Part shown: positions 60,201-64,000 of the stretch, in pieces | Layout: each line of letters begins with the position of its first letter | Position numbering within the stretch: position 1 is the stretch's first letter | Assembly: GCA_001643675.2 (NCBI GenBank) | Contig: LSRY02000008.1 | Location: 558,001 to 622,000, forward strand | Direction: 5' to 3' | Length of the DNA: 64,000 nt | Source: Monocercomonoides exilis PA203 | Taxonomy: Eukaryota; Protista; Preaxostyla | Notes under the pieces: generated by a model | The model's input: only the letters and a program-made list of their open reading frames with translations | Told to the model about the DNA's origin: nothing | Database searches by the model: none | Translations under genes and position numbers: made by a program

Positions 60201-62696
60201 TCCTTGGATAAGCATGTACACTATTAAAAATTCATCATCCAAAATCTGTCCTTCCTCTTCCTCTTCTCTGACATCTTCTCTCTCATCTACCAGCTTCTTC
60301 CTTTTTTCTCATTCGTAACCTCCTTTGAACTCCATGCCTCAGCCTGTCAACAATCCCCTCTTCTTCAAAGTGCTCTTCACTCAAAAAGGAGAGAATAAAA
60401 ATTGAGTAATAACAGAAACTGATTAACAAGCAAACAAAAAAGAAGAAGAAAAAGCAAAAGCTTACGCAGAAGATGGTTACGAATCAGAACTAAAGACAAA
60501 GACTGATGCAAAATCAAAATCAACAGTTGTTACAAGCTGTGGAGAAGATGGTGAAGGGTAAGAAAGCCTTTACTCGCTCAGCAGCCAGCACGAATGCAGA
60601 TGTCCATTCAGAAGCATTCATCTGTTTATTTGACAAGCAAAAGAACAAGGTCACATCAATCCGGTTTCACGCATAGCAACATGATGATTGAGCTCGAGCC
60701 TGTCGATCAGCACACTTTCATTTACCATAAGATCTACACAGCAACCTTAAATAATTCACTCACTGGAATTTTATCTTGTTGAACTCTTTCTCTCGATTCG
60801 CAACTGGCTGCTCCGCTTCACTAGCATCACTAAAGGAGGCACACATGCAAGAAGAAGAAAAGGAGTGAGAGATGGATGGAGAGTATGCTTGTATGGATCG
60901 AGCAGCAGATGATGAAAGAGGAAATAATTTTGAATGTGTTCGTTGATCGAAAGAATTCACACAAACTGGAAATTGTCTAATTGCAAGCTGCAAGACACAT
61001 CGCATCAGAAGGATTCAATTTTGCCCAGAATGAAATATCTTTCAATCTCAATAAACGTGATCTTTTGGTCAAACTGCTCTGAAGGTGCTTCAAATGCTCT
61101 TTTTGAATATCTTCTACAAAAAAATGCCTGACAAAAAGAAGAAATCGAAGAAGAAAGCCAAAAGAGAAGACGAATACTGTGTATTATTTTTCCAAATGAA
61201 TAGTTCCCAGAGGGAACAAGCTGTTTGAAGAAATTCAGTCGATTGTCAGACGCTCGTCTTGCATGTTGAACACAGGAAATGTTGCTTCATCGCTAAGAGC
61301 TTCTTCTTCTTCTTCTTCTTCTTCTTCTTCTTCTTCTTCTCTTTTTCCTTCATTTGAAATGAAATATGTTAAAAGAAGATTATGCGTTCTCAAGATTATT
61401 GAAATGCTTGCTTAGAGCGAAAAGTACTATGAAAGAAAATGAAGGTGATAATAAACAGGAAATGGAAGATGAAAAAAGGATAATTGACGGAACGGAAGGA
61501 AATGAAGAAAAAAATACAATTGATTTCTCAAAGAAAAAGCAAAAATCAGAATCGATAAGATTGGAAGAAGAGGAAGAATAAGAAAAAGAAGATTTATGTG
61601 ATGAAAATGGTAAAGCCGATGAAAATGTGGATAGATAAATTGAATGATCCATCTCTTCAAATGCACACTCAAAGGCTTTCTCACTCGGAACCTTTTTGTG
61701 TTGTGCTGAAGAAGCAGAAGCAGAAGATGTTGATGAAGCATGACAAGACGTATGCTTTTTCAACATCTTCATCTGTCAATTTATAGCTTTGCGAATTGCA
61801 TCACGCTCTGCTGTCCTCAAGTGGCATCCAAAATCATATCGCATCTTCCACTTAATTTCAATTCATCTGCAGCCCTAACAGCTCCACCAGATATGCCAGC
61901 ATACACTTCATCCGAAACAATGCCTACAACACATCTTTTCTTCTCCACCTCCTATTTCTCAAAACCTTCACCCTCAGCTTCAGTCCAACCTCAATTTTAC
62001 CTGTACGACTTCACCTACGATTCCTTCGAAAATTTCTTTCAGACCGTTTCATCGAGCTCCAACTCTTTGCCTAATCAAATCGCTCTGAAATCAAACTGCA
62101 TCTGAAGCACTTTCCAGTCAGCCACATTGTATTCATCCGGTTGGTTCAAGCGCATCGTGTGAAAGTAGTGACGATGACTCACATCCCCAGCACCGAATCA
62201 AATGATGGAAGACGGAACACAGACAACAAGAATACATCTAAAAAGATCCGCAGCTACAGCTATGGCTGCATTGGCAGCTAAAAGTTCAGAAAGAAAAAAG
62301 GTTCCATTTCATCATTCGCATAGCTTCAACAAGCCCCACAAAATGATGATGAGAATGTTTCTGTGATGAAATCGATGGATCTCCCCAGCATATCACATCA
62401 GATTCCATCTTCATCGTCTTTTTCCGATAAGCTGCTCCTCCGCTTCAATTATTCAGTTGAAACACTGGAAACATAATTGCATCTGCGTTTCCATCATCGG
62501 ATTCGAAATAGTCTCGTGTCTCGGATCTTATACAGAAGCATGAAGAACTCTGCATGCCTCTTCTCCATCTACATCTTGGTCTCTTTTTGCTTATTTTATT
62601 CTTCAACACCTCTCTCCCTCCATCTTCTTCTCCCTTTTCTTTTCCCTCTTTATCCCCCTTTCTCCTTCCTCGCCTCTTCGTGCTCCTCCAGCACCG

Positions 62697-63130
62697 CTAG
62701 CTCAATCGCTGCAGGTGACAGAACACATCTTCCATTCTCATCCTCCCTCTTCCTCCAATTCCTTCTCCGCAACTTCTCCAACTTTGCACATTTATTACTT
62801 TGTTTTCAAACTTCATCTCCACACGCCTCAACTGCGGCGATCGCGACACCAGACGCGCTATCGCCGACGGAAGCAGCGACGGGTCAAACAGATCGTAGAT
62901 CGACGGGAACGCAATCACATCTGCTGCCGCAAAGATCCGCTTGCTCATCAACTTCGTGCCTGCTGGTGCAGCAAGCTACGGAAGTTGCGGCACCAGTGGA
63001 ACTGAAAGCATCTCCAAAAGCGCGACATCGTACGCACACACAACACCTTCACGCAACACCGCCTGACACATAACAGCATATCCCTCAAGGAGTCTGATGC
63101 TCTCTCAGCAACGACTTCTTGTGATTTTCA
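62697..63130 (-). pseudogene. Paralog fragment of element-A cargo (about 25200-25545)
   Basis: SKRIFAAADVIAFPSIYDLFDPSLLPSAIARLVS vs SKRIVAAADVNVLTSICDLFDPSLLPSVIDRMVS. Confidence 0.75.
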
Positions 63131-64000
63131 CACACCCCAGCTGCCGACGTGTATGATGCCGCCACCTCCGATGCATCCGAAGGGTCAATCAAATGTGCTG
63201 ATGACGAAGATGATGGCTGATCATCTCCTGCCGCTTTTTTCTCTGTGCTTCTCCTCCTCCGGAATTGCGAAGTTGATCGGAGTACTGATCCAATTTATGA
63301 AATTGAAGAAGACGAAGGCGCTGAGCGAAGAGACAACTGCTTAACTGGCTGCGCAACAAGAAGTTTGATGAGACATTTCCAATAATGTCAGCCAGAAGTT
63401 CCACCCGAAGAGCTGATAGCATTCACATTTGCATCAGAATTGTCGACCAGCAGAAATAACCTACTTATTTTATGCTATTTGAAAAGATAGTGGCAAGATA
63501 TTTTTATAAAATGTGTCAATATAAAATGGAAGGGAGAAGGAAAAGGCACATTCTGAGGTGAAAGAAATTTGATGATACAAACTGTATGAATCAAAATAAA
63601 AGAAAAGATTGTTTTTTATAGTTTGTTATAAATGGTGATTTATTTTGAAAATTAACATATCTAACTTCAATTTTTTACAATAACATTAATAACTGCTCTG
63701 TATTAACATCTTTTTGAATTTCTTTCAATTCAATGAGGACAGTATCGATGAAATTTTCTTTTTTAATAATTTCTGATAAAATATTCAAATTAAAGCAAGT
63801 TGAAATCTATTTATCTTTCAATATAGGAAAATACTGAAAAAGAAGTCTCCATTCGCAAAATCAAAACGTAGACTTGAACAGTTGAAATGAAAACAAAGAA
63901 ATATAAACAAATTTTTCTGTAACTTCAAAAAACAAGAATAAAAAAAATTTAAATCATAAAAGTGATTCAATAGTTAAATGTGTATTTGAAATCTGTTTTA

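Larger units (their letters stand above)
55704..64000. mobile_element. Probable left end of a third giant element of the same family; right end outside the window
   Basis: atat|GGGTATTTTTTTTTG matches the GGGTRA-T8-G terminus of A and B in length and pattern. It is followed by AT-rich DNA with GATCAAAA motifs and decayed cargo that includes a paralog of element-A cargo. Confidence 0.5.

Overview
This is AT-rich eukaryotic DNA with short GTTTG..AG introns and GAA/TCT low-complexity tracts. It looks like a protist genome, possibly an oxymonad such as Monocercomonoides (inference only). The window is a nest of mobile elements. A degenerate DIRS-type tyrosine-recombinase retrotransposon (about 12158-55496, with ITRs, ICR, RT/RNaseH and YR) is split by two giant DNA transposons. 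Element A spans 13645-29756 (16.1 kb, 29-bp TIRs, ATTT TSD) and element B spans 30619-51771 (21.2 kb, 28-bp TIRs, ATGT TSD). Removing each element restores the DIRS reading frame. Each element encodes an intron-containing Sola-like DDD transposase with an apparently catalytically intact USP (C19) deubiquitinase domain inside it. Each transposase gene is followed by a GC-rich structured element that shares an exact 12-mer with the other. Both elements carry kilobases of decayed host-like cargo, including a 76-aa ubiquitin-like domain ending in GG. Element B also has a transposase-less USP paralog and a 450-bp inner inverted repeat. A probable third element of the family starts at 55704. Two intact Trp-rich 30-aa repeat proteins lie at the left end of the window.
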